Source: Podarcis gaigeae (taxonomy: Eukaryota). Taken from it: a stretch of DNA of 64,000 nucleotides. A model generated the notes under the pieces. That model did not search any database, was not told the origin of the DNA, and saw only the letters and a program-made list of their open reading frames with translations. The position numbers and the translations under genes were made by a program. Location: NCBI GenBank assembly GCA_964106915.2, contig OZ066925.1. One strand, 5' to 3'. Shown here one piece after another: positions 63,754 to 64,000 of this stretch; the stretch's first letter is position 1; the number at the start of each line of letters is the position of its first letter.

Positions 63754-64000
63754 TTTTTATGGTTATTCAGCTAAATGCCTAAAAATGGCTTGTGATGATC
63801 CCTGAATGTTCCCTGAAAGCAAGTATTCCCTTAAAAAAAAATTTTTTTTTAAGCCCAACAAATTCTGCTTTGAGACATCTCTTTCCAGGACTCTGCCTTT
63901 GGGAATTCTTGGCCGCTTGGATTACAGATTCAGTTGCAAAAACTGCGCTAATAACAAATATAAAGGCTATTTCTCTTGCATTAAAATTCTTGTTGCCTCT

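Overview
Eukaryotic (vertebrate) genomic DNA, most likely a squamate and probably a lacertid lizard, inferred from Sauria-type SINEs, Penelope remnants and the squamate-like MITE/CR1/L2 repertoire. The only protein-coding gene I can support is the 5' part of DNAJC1 (ERdj1/MTJ1) on the + strand: a CpG-island promoter (~42.7-43.6 kb) and coding exons 1-3 (43212-43382, 61473-61574, 62349-62395), which splice in frame into a signal peptide and an HPD-containing J-domain. The upstream ~42 kb has no recognisable gene. It is filled with TA-flanked Tc1/mariner-pogo MITEs, hAT MITEs with 8-bp TSDs, SINEs, LINE fragments and microsatellites, plus several repeat-free, CpG-retaining, TAAT-rich blocks that look like conserved non-coding elements. 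Nearly all ORFs in the supplied track are spurious. I found no convincing novel biological system. The best leads are a spacerless ~136-bp palindrome built from a Penelope hammerhead-ribozyme stem, candidate enhancers (one with a possibly exapted SINE tail), an XBP1-like site in the DNAJC1 promoter and several nested TE insertions. Repeat family names come from recalled consensus features, not database searches.
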